Positions 27,564 through 35,973 of a stretch of DNA of 64,000 nucleotides are shown here, one piece after another. Source of the DNA: a virus. Numbering within the stretch: the stretch's first letter is position 1; each line of letters opens with the position of its first letter. The stretch spans positions 96,001 to 160,000 of IMG/VR virus record IMGVR_UViG_3300036766_000359; one strand, given 5' to 3'. The notes under the pieces are model-generated. The model was not told the DNA's origin, ran no database searches, and saw only the letters and a program-made list of their open reading frames with translations. The position numbers and the translations under genes are program-made.

Positions 27564-27953
27564 TTATTTCATTCCGGCTAGGCTTTTTTGAACATTCGCC
27601 ATGAACCCCAAGCAGACCTTGTTTACTTCGATTACGCGCTGAAGCTCTCGACAGTCTGGTAAATTGCACGGCCGCGCGTTCGTCTCTGCGAGCTGCTTGT
27701 CGAAATAGCACGCATCGAGCCTGTTGTTGGTGTTGAGCAGTTCACCTGAGCACGCCTCGAACACATCAGATCCAGCACTGACTTGCAACTTCAGTTTCTG
27801 GGTCTCCAGTGCATTCTTGGTGTTCTGAGCCTTCGACAATTGGATAGTGACGTCACGATCTTGTCTAATAAGAGACAGCCGGATCACACCGATCACCAGA
27901 CCTAAAAACACCACGGCAACAAGCACTTTATTAGACATCACAACAATACCCAA
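27564..27953 (-). CDS. Membrane-anchored coiled-coil Cys protein (spanin-like?)
   Basis: N-terminal TM, coiled coil, 5 Cys. Confidence 0.55.
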   Translation of the reverse strand: MGIVVMSNKVLVAVVFLGLVIGVIRLSLIRQDRDVTIQLSKAQNTKNALETQKLKLQVSAGSDVFEACSGELLNTNNRLDACYFDKQLAETNARPCNLPDCRELQRVIEVNKVCLGFMANVQKSLAGMK

Positions 27954-27968
27954 TCATGGCGTAGGCGA

Positions 27969-28619
27969 TCATCGTGCCGAAGCTCGTAGCTCAGCCAAGA
28001 GGACGTAGGCTTGTGTCAGGCCGATCTCCAGCGCCAGCTGCTTGAAATGCCGGTTACGGGTCGCTGGCACGACAGCATCTGAATCCGGGGCTGGACTTGT
28101 AGCAACATGCCAGCCAGGCCCGTTGGCGTCCTTGGTGAGGCTGGACTTGTAGGTCAGCGCTATCACCTTGGGTTCCTCAAGGCTCAGCGCTAGAGCCGCC
28201 ACCGCTGCCTTCCTACGCGCAGCCCATTCCTTGCCAACATCAGCAGGAACGCGCACCACAACGGACTTAGCCTTAGCCTTAGCCTTAGCCTTAGCCTTAG
28301 CCTTAGCCTTAGGTAGCGGGTTTCCCGCCACGTCAGTCTGGTAGGAGACGATCGTGGACGGAGGAGATAATCGCACCACAGCGGACTTGGCCTTGGCGTT
28401 GCCGCGCCTGCCCATCGCCGTGGCGAAGCTCTTGGCCGCCTCTCTTCGCTGCACCGCGTAAATATATTTCGTGGAGAGTTTGATGCCCGCCTTGGATGCA
28501 AGCGTGACGAGATCCGTTGGCGTCATCGTCGGGTACTGCCGAACGAACGCCAACTTTTCCGTGTTCCAAGCAGTCATCGCATTACTCAATTTCTTCTTTG
28601 TCTTCTTCTTAGTCGCCAT
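27969..28619 (-). CDS. Basic Ala/Lys-rich (histone-like) protein
   Basis: MATKKKTKKK; (AK)7 run; GAGG RBS. Confidence 0.7.
   Translation of the reverse strand: MATKKKTKKKLSNAMTAWNTEKLAFVRQYPTMTPTDLVTLASKAGIKLSTKYIYAVQRREAAKSFATAMGRRGNAKAKSAVVRLSPPSTIVSYQTDVAGNPLPKAKAKAKAKAKAKAKSVVVRVPADVGKEWAARRKAAVAALALSLEEPKVIALTYKSSLTKDANGPGWHVATSPAPDSDAVVPATRNRHFKQLALEIGLTQAYVLLAELRASAR
28267..28308. repeat. (TTAGCC)7 coding microsatellite
   Basis: Encodes (Ala-Lys)7 on the minus strand. Confidence 0.95.
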
Positions 28620-28666
28620 GTGCTCAACGCCTCTCTATCTCTCATGTAGCTGCGGTCTTCACCAAA

Positions 28667-28990
28667 TCAGACATAACCGACTTCCTGCCTCGATCGCCAG
28701 GTCAACATAGCACCGACAGGGAAGCTTGCTTGAGGACTAACTTCACGACAACGGTAGACTGCACGTTTCGTGATAAGATGATATTCCACCCGACCAATGG
28801 CCAGAGATAAACCACCGGCTAGAACACGACCTCTGCCTTTCTTGCCAGGTGGAAACGCTAAGCGTTCTACCATGCCAGATTTATTCCATTGCACCAAGCC
28901 GTGACGGCTGGCAATTTCTTGGAGTTGTTCGTAAGTCATGCTTTCCTTCATCAATATACTACAGTGAAATTTAGGCAATTTACGAATCAA
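28667..28990 (-). CDS. Hypothetical protein
   Basis: ORF track. Confidence 0.45.
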   Translation of the reverse strand: MIRKLPKFHCSILMKESMTYEQLQEIASRHGLVQWNKSGMVERLAFPPGKKGRGRVLAGGLSLAIGRVEYHLITKRAVYRCREVSPQASFPVGAMLTWRSRQEVGYV

Positions 28991-29404
28991 TTATTCGGAT
29001 ATCAACATTTCTTTAACTTTTAAAAGCATCAGTCGATTTGACCGCTCACCTAATACTTCATGCAACAATCGGGTCGGTTCACCCGAGCGAATAACCAATT
29101 TATGAATTTTTCGATCTGGTAGATTCTTGTTATAACCACGCGAACATTTCATCCGTTCGGTATGGCCGAAGATTTGACATACGAGAGGACGAACCGGATA
29201 GACCTGACAAGTTCCTTTTTGATAAAACGGACACGTAACACCCTGATCTATTGGGATAATGCCTTGTTTCTCTGCATATTGGACAACGCGATCATATTCA
29301 AGGTCTGTAGAAGGGGCTAAACCACAACAGTCCCCGCAACCCTGGTCACATTTCATTACGGGAAGTTTCATAGTATGAAAGGCGGGTTCTTTAGTAATCG
29401 TCAC
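28991..29404 (-). CDS. YkgJ-family (CxxxCxxCC) Fe-S/Zn protein
   Basis: CDQGCGDCC...CPFY..TCQVYPVRPLVCQIFG. Confidence 0.85.
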   Translation of the reverse strand: MTITKEPAFHTMKLPVMKCDQGCGDCCGLAPSTDLEYDRVVQYAEKQGIIPIDQGVTCPFYQKGTCQVYPVRPLVCQIFGHTERMKCSRGYNKNLPDRKIHKLVIRSGEPTRLLHEVLGERSNRLMLLKVKEMLISE

Positions 29405-29741
29405 ACTTGTAAGGGCAACTCATTCGACGCGGAAAAGAATTGCAGGTAGGGCAGGGGGAATCAGCGATCGGAGTAGCTCGGGTGGAACGTCGATTTCTCT
29501 TCCGGGACTTCTGACCAGTCAACGGGACAGTTTTCAACGGGACAATCTGGTTCTCATTCCAAGACGGTTGCATTTTCGCATGGAGAGACTCGAGCGCGTC
29601 ACAAACGGATTTTTGCCATTCAAACACACATTCCTGATGGTCAACAGCTTCGCACTTCTGTTCGTAGTGAATTAACTGACGTGCTCTTTCGAGCAGCTGG
29701 GTAATTGATTGGGTAGGCATTAACCGAGCCCCCAACCGCAA
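29391..29741 (-). CDS. Hypothetical protein (start uncertain)
   Basis: ORF track; CPTC..CP..CD tail. Confidence 0.45.
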   Translation of the reverse strand: MRLGARLMPTQSITQLLERARQLIHYEQKCEAVDHQECVFEWQKSVCDALESLHAKMQPSWNENQIVPLKTVPLTGQKSRKRNRRSTRATPIADSPCPTCNSFPRRMSCPYKCDDY

Positions 29742-30145
29742 ATACCCTGATACTCGTCGGGCTGTTCAATACGCGTAACTGTCCACTTATTGGCAAGTAC
29801 GAAATCCTCAACGCGAACGAAGCGGTACCAGCGACGTTCTTCACCGTAGAATGATGGGCAAATTCCGGACTCAGATTTCTCGATGACCGCCAGGTTATTG
29901 GTGCCACCTTCATGAATATCACCATAGTCAGAGACTAGATACTCTTCGGCTTGCTCCAAAGTTTCAAACCACCCCCAACATCTGGAACTTGGGTGTCGGT
30001 CTGGACCTAACACCTGAATGGATGTAATGGTGAAGATAAATGGTCTGGTCTCTGGACTGGCCATACACGGCGAATCAAGCGGCGTAGACCCAAGGTACTC
30101 GGGTTCCATCTTCTTCTCGTTATCAGTCATAGTTTCAGTATACAC
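29720..30145 (-). CDS. Hypothetical protein
   Basis: RCWGWFETLEQA...DIHEG...AVIE. Confidence 0.65.
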   Translation of the reverse strand: MYTETMTDNEKKMEPEYLGSTPLDSPCMASPETRPFIFTITSIQVLGPDRHPSSRCWGWFETLEQAEEYLVSDYGDIHEGGTNNLAVIEKSESGICPSFYGEERRWYRFVRVEDFVLANKWTVTRIEQPDEYQGICGWGLG

Positions 30146-30182
30146 CGAATGAATTGATCAGGCACGGATTCGATGACTGAGT

Positions 30183-30443
30183 TTAGGTTTCCATGACCCG
30201 TCGAATTATTTCAGCGTTGCAATCTCGAAATTGACCACCAAGATATGATGAGAACGTAGTTTCACCACCTCCACCGGAATTTTTCATCGGAGGTGGCGGG
30301 ACTTCGTAATTCGGGTCATCGATTGGATTGTCGGGCCATCCGTTCCATACGATGCAGGCCCCACAGTCGCGACAATTCCAAATATTCCCACGATCACCAC
30401 TAATTGGGTGGCAGCTTGGTGGACGCCAATCATGTTCTTTCAT
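30183..30443 (-). CDS. HxW-CxxC-C Zn-finger family protein with VMET tag
   Basis: MKEHDW...CRDC...DCNAEIIRRVMET*. Confidence 0.75.
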   Translation of the reverse strand: MKEHDWRPPSCHPISGDRGNIWNCRDCGACIVWNGWPDNPIDDPNYEVPPPPMKNSGGGGETTFSSYLGGQFRDCNAEIIRRVMET

Positions 30444-30630
30444 GTGAATTTGACCCGAAAAGGAAAGAAAATTAGGGTAGGTAATTTGACGGGTCCCTTC
30501 CAGATTATACGTATACCAGGGGGTGGATTTTCTGATCAAAAATTTTACTTAAGTTAGCGTCCCACCGAAAGCAAGCGGGAAACGACGCTTGAATAAGCGC
30601 CATATACTTGCCCAGAAGGGTTCATTGTGG

Positions 30631-30975
30631 TCAGTCACCGAATTTCTCCAGCATGCGCCGCAGCCACGGGTCGCGTGGCCCGACCAACATGGCGTTCTGA
30701 CGTGAGTTGCGATCAGACGTGTCCAGGGCAAACGCCTCGCGTACGGCCAAGTCAGCAGCTTCGACCAAAGCGTACGCAGCATCGGACTCTGCGTTATTCA
30801 CATACGTACTGCCGAACAACAGAGTTTGATACGCCTCGTACACCAGGTCATACTCACCCACAGCCACACGTGTGCATGTCAAGGTCAAAGGATCGGTCAA
30901 CACTACATCTTCAGAAACCACGTTTTCCATCATATCAAATTTACACCGTTTGGTTTCAAATTTCCGAAATTTCAA
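30631..30975 (-). CDS. Hypothetical protein
   Basis: ORF track; likely start MMENV. Confidence 0.45.
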   Translation of the reverse strand: MKFRKFETKRCKFDMMENVVSEDVVLTDPLTLTCTRVAVGEYDLVYEAYQTLLFGSTYVNNAESDAAYALVEAADLAVREAFALDTSDRNSRQNAMLVGPRDPWLRRMLEKFGD

Positions 30976-31023
30976 ATCGCGTGGTAGGTGTACCTACATC
31001 TACACACCTCGCGGCATTTTACG

Positions 31024-31049
31024 CGGAAATTGGTTGGTGGTTGATGTAT
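31024..31049 (+). promoter_or_regulatory. Phage promoter motif (leaderless type)
   Basis: cggaaat-N15-gtat; ATG 31058 follows after 8 nt. Confidence 0.7.
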
Positions 31050-31057
31050 CCTAGGGC

Positions 31058-32062
31058 ATGCGAAAATTGGTAAGTGTTCAGCGAGTGTTGGCATTGCATC
31101 CGATTCCAACTGCCGATGCAATCGAGCTTTGCCAGATCAATGGCTGGCAGTGTGTAGTCAAGAAGGGCGATTTTCAAATCGGTGATATCGGGGTGTACTT
31201 CGAGATCGACGCGGTACCACCGGATCGTCCGATATTTGATTTTCTGTGGAAGGGACAAGCGAAACGTCCAGGGTCACTTTGCATCCGAACGGTTCGTCTC
31301 CGGGGGGCATTGAGCCAAGGGTTGCTAATGCCCTTGGAGCTGTTCCCCGAGGCTGAATGCACCGTAGAGGGTGCAGATCTCACAGAAATCCTTGGGGTTT
31401 ATAAATATGAGCCACCGCCTCCTGATGGTATGGGCGACTACCGGGGACCTTTTCCAACCCTGATAGTCAAGACTGACGAGGTGCGTATTCAGAGTTTCCC
31501 ACAGCTTATCGATGAACTACGGGGTAAGCCTTACGTAAGCACCCTAAAGTGTGATGGTACCTCTGCGACCTTCTGCATGTGGGAAGGAAGCTTCCATGCC
31601 TGCGGGCGAAACCACTCAATCGCGGATGCCGATAACATTTTCTGGCGAGCCGCACGCCGATATATGCTCCCCGAAATCATGGCACGGTATCCGGATCTGG
31701 CTCTACAAGGTGAAGTGGTAGGCCCCGGAATTCAAAAGAACCATATGGGACTCAAGGGAGTGGAATTTCGTTCCTTTAACCTCTATGACATGCGCAAAGG
31801 CAGGAATCTCGACCATGATGAATGCTTTGCGTTTTACGAGAAGCATGAGATTCCAGCTGCTCCCGTCGTTGAAGAAGGGCAATGCTTCCAACACACGGTC
31901 GAGAGCTTACTCCAACTTGCTGAGGGCCCATACCCCGATACCAAGAACGAACGTGAAGGTATCGTGATCCGGCCTCGCATAGGACAGCATAGTCAGACAC
32001 TCGGGGGACGTTTGTCGTTCAAAGCCATTAGCAACCGTTTTTTGCTCAAGAGTGGGGACTGA
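31058..32062 (+). CDS. ATP-dependent RNA ligase (DRB0094/Rnl2-like)
   Basis: HPIPTADAIE, GWQCVVKKG, KCDGTS, QGEVVGPGIQKN, REGIVIR, FKAISNRFLLK. Confidence 0.92.
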   Translation: MRKLVSVQRVLALHPIPTADAIELCQINGWQCVVKKGDFQIGDIGVYFEIDAVPPDRPIFDFLWKGQAKRPGSLCIRTVRLRGALSQGLLMPLELFPEAECTVEGADLTEILGVYKYEPPPPDGMGDYRGPFPTLIVKTDEVRIQSFPQLIDELRGKPYVSTLKCDGTSATFCMWEGSFHACGRNHSIADADNIFWRAARRYMLPEIMARYPDLALQGEVVGPGIQKNHMGLKGVEFRSFNLYDMRKGRNLDHDECFAFYEKHEIPAAPVVEEGQCFQHTVESLLQLAEGPYPDTKNEREGIVIRPRIGQHSQTLGGRLSFKAISNRFLLKSGD

Positions 32063-32206
32063 CTGCAATGGCAAACGGTATTCGAGTATAACGACACCTG
32101 GAACGAAATTCATATTTAGACTCGGGTCCTCCTAAGATCATACGTATGTCAAGGAGGTTTCTCTCCAAAAAAGGTCATGGGAGAACGCTCGATTGGAAAA
32201 TTTGTT

Positions 32207-32247
32207 GAAGTCCTGAAGTCCTGAAGTCCTTTTGGAAATCGTTGAAG
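32207..32247 (+). repeat. (GAAGTCCT)3 microsatellite plus shared flank
   Basis: Followed by tttggaaatcgttgaag, as at 32902-32956. Confidence 0.9.
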
Positions 32248-32369
32248 TGTGCGGATATTAGTTGTAAGGCGATGATCAAGCGTGTAGGTAGGATCAAGTA
32301 TTGCTACATACACAAGGTACGGAAAAAAGAGCGGGTAGGCCGACCACCACAAGCGTCACCAGATAAGCA

Positions 32370-32579
32370 ATGAAAAATATCGAAGAGTTTGTGTTGCTCA
32401 TTCCTGCAAGTATGCTACTGGCAACAGTTATAACAGTTGAAGATGGCTATACCGTTTTGCCTATGCTTGTACTACCTATGGTGTGCACGTATTACTTAGG
32501 TCGGATACACGTATATCAAAGCTTAGAGGATATTCGACAGAAGCATGAAGAGAAAGAGAAGAACAAACGCCATGAATAA
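32370..32579 (+). CDS. Small membrane protein
   Basis: Two hydrophobic segments. Confidence 0.55.
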   Translation: MKNIEEFVLLIPASMLLATVITVEDGYTVLPMLVLPMVCTYYLGRIHVYQSLEDIRQKHEEKEKNKRHE

Positions 32580-32772
32580 AGACGAAGCTAAATTGGTTGA
32601 GTTACTGAGTGATAAGCAAGTTGGTACCTTGACGTCCGAGCAATTCCGGGAAGCAGCCAAAGAATGGGCAGCGTATTGCCTCGATAACTTCACTGGACCA
32701 ACTCTGGAGCGTGGTATAAAGATAGCCACTGCTCTAGTCGAGTTTGTCACAGAGCTAGAAGCGTCTGTTTAG
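32545..32772 (+). CDS. Hypothetical protein (likely start MNKDE)
   Basis: ORF track. Confidence 0.55.
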   Translation: MKRKRRTNAMNKDEAKLVELLSDKQVGTLTSEQFREAAKEWAAYCLDNFTGPTLERGIKIATALVEFVTELEASV

Positions 32773-32787
32773 TGAGGTAGGTAAAAC

Positions 32788-32919
32788 ATGCAAACAAACG
32801 AGGCACGCAACCTAGCTAAGAACCCAAACACACCACCAGCTACTTTAGAGTTACTAGCACAATTTGAAGAATGGCATGTACGCTACTTGGTAGGTCTTCT
32901 TGAAGTCATGAAATCCTGA
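32788..32919 (+). CDS. 43-aa LRV-like peptide ending in EVMKS
   Basis: My translation: MQTNEARNLAKNPNTPPATLELLAQFEEWHVRYLVGLLEVMKS*; GAGG RBS. Confidence 0.7.
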   Translation: MQTNEARNLAKNPNTPPATLELLAQFEEWHVRYLVGLLEVMKS

Positions 32920-32956
32920 AGTCCTGAAGTCCTGAAGTTTTTGGAAATCGTTGAAG
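32902..32956 (+). repeat. Degenerate 8-bp tandem repeat plus shared flank
   Basis: gaagtcat gaaatcct gaagtcct gaagtcct gaagtttt tggaaatcgttgaag. Confidence 0.9.
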
Positions 32957-33092
32957 GTCTTCTTGAAATACTATATACTTTTGAAACGGGCCCGCCGCCG
33001 CGTAGTACGAATGAATATTTTCGACGTTCGAATACCCCCCTGTAAACTATGCATGCGCTTTCGTACCCCAGAGGGGTTTATCAATAGATGTA

Positions 33093-33144
33093 CTCCCCTA
33101 TCATACCCTCCCCTATATAGGGGATAGGGTATAGTATAAGGGGA
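33093..33144. other. Imperfect ~50-bp palindrome centred on cccctatatagggg
   Basis: Perfect 14-bp core at 33110-33123 in non-coding DNA at the compositional junction. Confidence 0.75.
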
Positions 33145-33325
33145 TTCCCCCTCCCCATCCCCTTATACCCCTGGTGCCGTGGTATTTCCGGGCCGGGGTC
33201 CCGTCCGGATTTCCGGCTTCGTAAGTCCGGGACCGGCTTTCCGGGTCGTCGGACGGACGGACCGGCTCGAAGGCCGTTCCGGCGAAGAAGCGCCTCCGAA
33301 GCGCCTCCGAAGCGCCGCGTTTGTT

Positions 33326-33351
33326 GTACTTGACGGGTCGGGCGATTTCCA
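33326..33351 (-). promoter_or_regulatory. Phage promoter motif
   Basis: tggaaat-N15-gtac. Confidence 0.55.
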
Positions 33352-33366
33352 CCCGACCCGTCAAGT
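33328..33366. repeat. Perfect 15-bp inverted repeat
   Basis: acttgacgggtcggg-N9-cccgacccgtcaagt. Confidence 0.95.
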
Positions 33367-33367
33367 T

Positions 33368-33393
33368 CGTAGATTTTAAGAGTGGTCCCGTAC
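33368..33393 (+). promoter_or_regulatory. Phage promoter motif
   Basis: cgtagat-N15-gtac. Confidence 0.6.
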
Positions 33394-33572
33394 CACCTTT
33401 TTGCCTTCGCGCCGGATTGCCCGGTTCAGGCGACGTCTCGCGATCTTCGCACACTGTGCGACTTGAGACCGACGACCATCGCGCCGATTTGCGCCTTTCA
33501 TAAAGTTGGCTTCACTCAACTTGCCTGCCAATCCAGCCATCGGACCTCCATGTTGGTTGCTCTCTCACCCAC

Positions 33573-33687
33573 GTCTACTGCAGCAAGTGCGCGATCTTCT
33601 GGAATCTCACACAGGGTTTGCACCCTGGCATATACTATCGTGATGACTATGATAGTCTACTGCAGCAAGTGCGCGATCTTCTGGAAT
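33573..33687. repeat. 33-bp direct repeat x2 (33573-33605, 33655-33687)
   Basis: gtctactgcagcaagtgcgcgatcttctggaat; on the minus strand it reads agaagat-N15-gtag, a promoter variant. Confidence 0.9.
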
Positions 33688-33758
33688 TCCACGCACGTGG
33701 TGTGCAGGATCCACCCGACCAGCAGGGTGGGCGGCAATGCGCAAATCAAATTCAACAT
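33657..33758 (-). CDS. 33-aa hydrophobic peptide
   Basis: MLNLICALPPTLLVGWILHTTCVEFQKIAHLLQ after a promoter motif and GGAGG. Confidence 0.55.
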   Translation of the reverse strand: MLNLICALPPTLLVGWILHTTCVEFQKIAHLLQ

Positions 33759-33777
33759 GCTGGAACCTCCACCCCAC

Positions 33778-33803
33778 GTACGCGAGCAGCGCGACGATCT
33801 CCG
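33778..33803 (-). promoter_or_regulatory. Phage promoter motif
   Basis: cggagat-N15-gtac then GGTGGAGG. Confidence 0.8.
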
Positions 33804-33808
33804 CTTTG

Positions 33809-33982
33809 CGGAAGTCCCCGGCAAAACGCAGTACCACTGTGTGGAGGGGGCCAGTGTTTCACGTGAAACACGTAGATCCGTCGTTCGCCAGAGTACCACT
33901 ATGTGGAGGGGGCCAGTATCTCGCGTCAGATAACCCGCGAGGCGCTGCTGGCGAGTCGGAAATTGTCTGCCACACGCAGTAC
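33809..33982 (+). promoter_or_regulatory. Three tandem phage promoter motifs (33809, 33871, 33957)
   Basis: cggaagt/cgtagat/cggaaat-N15-gtac; the first two are 62 bp apart and followed by gtggagggggccagt. Confidence 0.8.
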
Positions 33983-34049
33983 CGGTGGTGTGGCGGATGG
34001 CAGGCAGGCTGGACGTCACGATTCCCCAACCAACACACAGGAGCCGCAA

Positions 34050-34505
34050 ATGACCAATCTCTACCCGTTCGTGACCAAGAATCAGATCAAGACCCGTCTC
34101 ACCGAGTCGCCCGCCTTCCGCTGCGAAGCCATGGCCATCCTGCACACGCTGCAGACCGAGTTCGAGCAGGGGACCCGCTCGACCCGCGACAAGAACCGCC
34201 AGGGCTTCATGAGCAGCCACGCCGTCAACGGGAGCCGGGTCGCGGAGAAGATCAAGTCGGGTGCCGAGCTGACCGCCGAGGATTGGGAGCACATCGACCG
34301 CATCGCTCCCCGCTACACGCGTCAGCTGGCCCTGGTGCTCCGAGCACGCCAGCTCGTCGAGCAGCCCGAGTTGGCGGCAGTCGCCAAGCTCTTCAGCGCG
34401 GACGTCTCGGGTGCCTCCACGGCAGACGTGCCTCCGACCGACAGCCAAGCCGTGGAGCACGAGCTTTCCATCGCAGACATGGACGCAGCCGCCGAGCTCA
34501 ACTGA
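34050..34505 (+). CDS. Triplicated hypothetical family, copy 1
   Basis: NLYPFVTK...LQT..EQ.TRSTRDKNRQGFMSSHAVNGSRVA...RYTRQLA; GGAG RBS. Confidence 0.9.
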   Translation: MTNLYPFVTKNQIKTRLTESPAFRCEAMAILHTLQTEFEQGTRSTRDKNRQGFMSSHAVNGSRVAEKIKSGAELTAEDWEHIDRIAPRYTRQLALVLRARQLVEQPELAAVAKLFSADVSGASTADVPPTDSQAVEHELSIADMDAAAELN

Positions 34506-34526
34506 GCCTCCTCTGACCGGACACCA

Positions 34527-34552
34527 GCCCCGACCCTTCACTGGGTCGGGGC
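34527..34552 (+). terminator. GC hairpin after gene
   Basis: gccccgaccc-ttcact-gggtcggggc; no clear U-tract. Confidence 0.55.
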
Positions 34553-34553
34553 A

Positions 34554-34820
34554 TTGCCGTTGAAAGCGGGTGAAGCGATGGAAATCGACATCGACTTGAA
34601 GAAGGGAATCGACTGGCGTGCGTGGCTTCCATATTGGAAGAACTTCACGCAGGAAGAGCAAGACCTCCTCGACTTTGTGTCCAAGGTGTTGTTGGAACCT
34701 GTGGGCTTCGACAAGTACGAAAAGTACGTGAACATGGTGCGCACGGCGTACAAAGAGAACATGATCACGAAGAGCGAGTACAGCGCGTTGAGCAATCTGT
34801 ACAAAGTTGTCAACCCGTGA
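34554..34820 (+). CDS. Hypothetical protein (likely start MEIDI)
   Basis: ORF track. Confidence 0.6.
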   Translation: MPLKAGEAMEIDIDLKKGIDWRAWLPYWKNFTQEEQDLLDFVSKVLLEPVGFDKYEKYVNMVRTAYKENMITKSEYSALSNLYKVVNP

Positions 34821-34874
34821 GGGTTCTGCTGTCTCTGTTGACTGACTATCTCACGTTTTTCGCTTATCTGGTAT

Positions 34875-35048
34875 ATGCAACACGAAATACTCATAGACCG
34901 TGTTCTTGCTCTTCTGGCATACATGTCAGAACGGGAAGCTGTCGAACACCTGGTTGAGTCGGGTGTCGATTTTGGCGAGGCTTTCCTCGCAGCTCGAGCA
35001 GCCGATGTTCTCACACGGGTATACCCGATAGTTCGACCGAACCCCTGA
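34875..35048 (+). CDS. 57-aa hypothetical protein
   Basis: My translation: MQHEILIDRVLALLAYMSEREAVEHLVESGVDFGEAFLAARAADVL... Confidence 0.55.
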   Translation: MQHEILIDRVLALLAYMSEREAVEHLVESGVDFGEAFLAARAADVLTRVYPIVRPNP

Positions 35049-35062
35049 CATGGAGGTGCCGA

Positions 35063-35245
35063 ATGGTACGGAAAGATCATGAAGTGACGGTGTATCACCG
35101 TGGGCGAAAACTATCCGAAGAGTACAAGACCTACGTCACCGCTACGACCGACGAATGGTTCGATGAAGGTGAAGTTTGGTCTTTTTCTGGTCATCGGGTG
35201 ACCAGGAAGGCATCGCACGACTTCTGGACCAAGGCTGGGTCGTAG
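35063..35245 (+). CDS. Hypothetical protein
   Basis: GGAGG RBS; 60 aa. Confidence 0.6.
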   Translation: MVRKDHEVTVYHRGRKLSEEYKTYVTATTDEWFDEGEVWSFSGHRVTRKASHDFWTKAGS

Positions 35246-35289
35246 ATACCTGGTAGGCACCTGTCGATTGTATGCTAGATATTCGAGTG

Positions 35290-35361
35290 TAGAAGGCAGG
35301 GAGTCTGTAGGTGCTCCCCTGCCTGGGTGCTCCAGCATCTTGGGCTCCTTGCCTTCTGTAC
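35290..35361 (-). ncRNA. Candidate structured ~70-nt element, copy B
   Basis: Shares three conserved blocks with 37608-37684; terminal inverted repeat agaaggca..tgccttct; promoter motif immediately 5'. Confidence 0.45.
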
Positions 35362-35383
35362 TGCGAACTAGCAGCAAATTCAG
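35358..35383 (-). promoter_or_regulatory. Phage promoter motif (degenerate)
   Basis: ctgaatt-N15-gtac. Confidence 0.45.
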
Positions 35384-35441
35384 CCCACCCAGCCGTATTG
35401 TCGGCGCGAGGTTTCCAATGTGGCACTCATATCAAGTGATA

Positions 35442-35633
35442 ATGACTGATATCGTTGATATCGATCACTACAAGGGTGCGAAACCACCCCCCGGTAGGTA
35501 TCGCGTCATGGGTATCACATATCAGCCACAATCCGCATATGGAGAAGTCCAAATAGCCTCCAATCTCTCGCACGATGAGGCGAGCCGACTCGCTGCAAAT
35601 TTGATAGAGATAGACAGGGTGATGCAGTCATGA
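35442..35633 (+). CDS. Small protein with VMQS tag
   Basis: ...YRVMG...NLSHDEASRLAANLIEIDRVMQS*; ATGA-coupled to the next gene. Confidence 0.75.
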   Translation: MTDIVDIDHYKGAKPPPGRYRVMGITYQPQSAYGEVQIASNLSHDEASRLAANLIEIDRVMQS

Positions 35634-35860
35634 AAGCTGATGATGGAATACACCTTCAGATCAAGAAACTCCAGAAGCCAGTTCCATGGTGCCAAACGTG
35701 GGTAGATGACAAAGGCAAAACCCATGTTCTTACTGAGATGCTTAGCCTCGATGGCGCGTTTGAATTTGCCGAATTGGACCAGCTTCCAAGTGGTCGATCC
35801 TGGTGCGAAGCCTGCTTGGTCGCTTACGAGCGCATCCACGGGTCAAAAGCAAAACTCTGA
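35630..35860 (+). CDS. Hypothetical Zn-binding protein
   Basis: PWC...HV...WCEAC. Confidence 0.6.
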   Translation: MKADDGIHLQIKKLQKPVPWCQTWVDDKGKTHVLTEMLSLDGAFEFAELDQLPSGRSWCEACLVAYERIHGSKAKL

Positions 35861-35973
35861 GGTATACTATATACTCAGCTCAATACTATCATAATTTTGG
35901 CTCGCCCAGTCGAAAATTCGTAAATTGTTGAAGAAATCGTGTCGCCATTTCTCGTCGTCGATGACTAAGATAT

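Noticed and set aside
28267-28308. (TTAGCC)7 as a telomere-like repeat
   Set aside because: It lies in frame within a gene and encodes (Ala-Lys)7.
33657-34661. Long antisense or alternate-frame ORFs (33657-34661, 36512-37216, 41014-42054, 47383-47868, 51762-52481, 57532-58026, 63384-63959)
   Set aside because: They are shadows of GC3-rich real genes, with no RBS or motifs.
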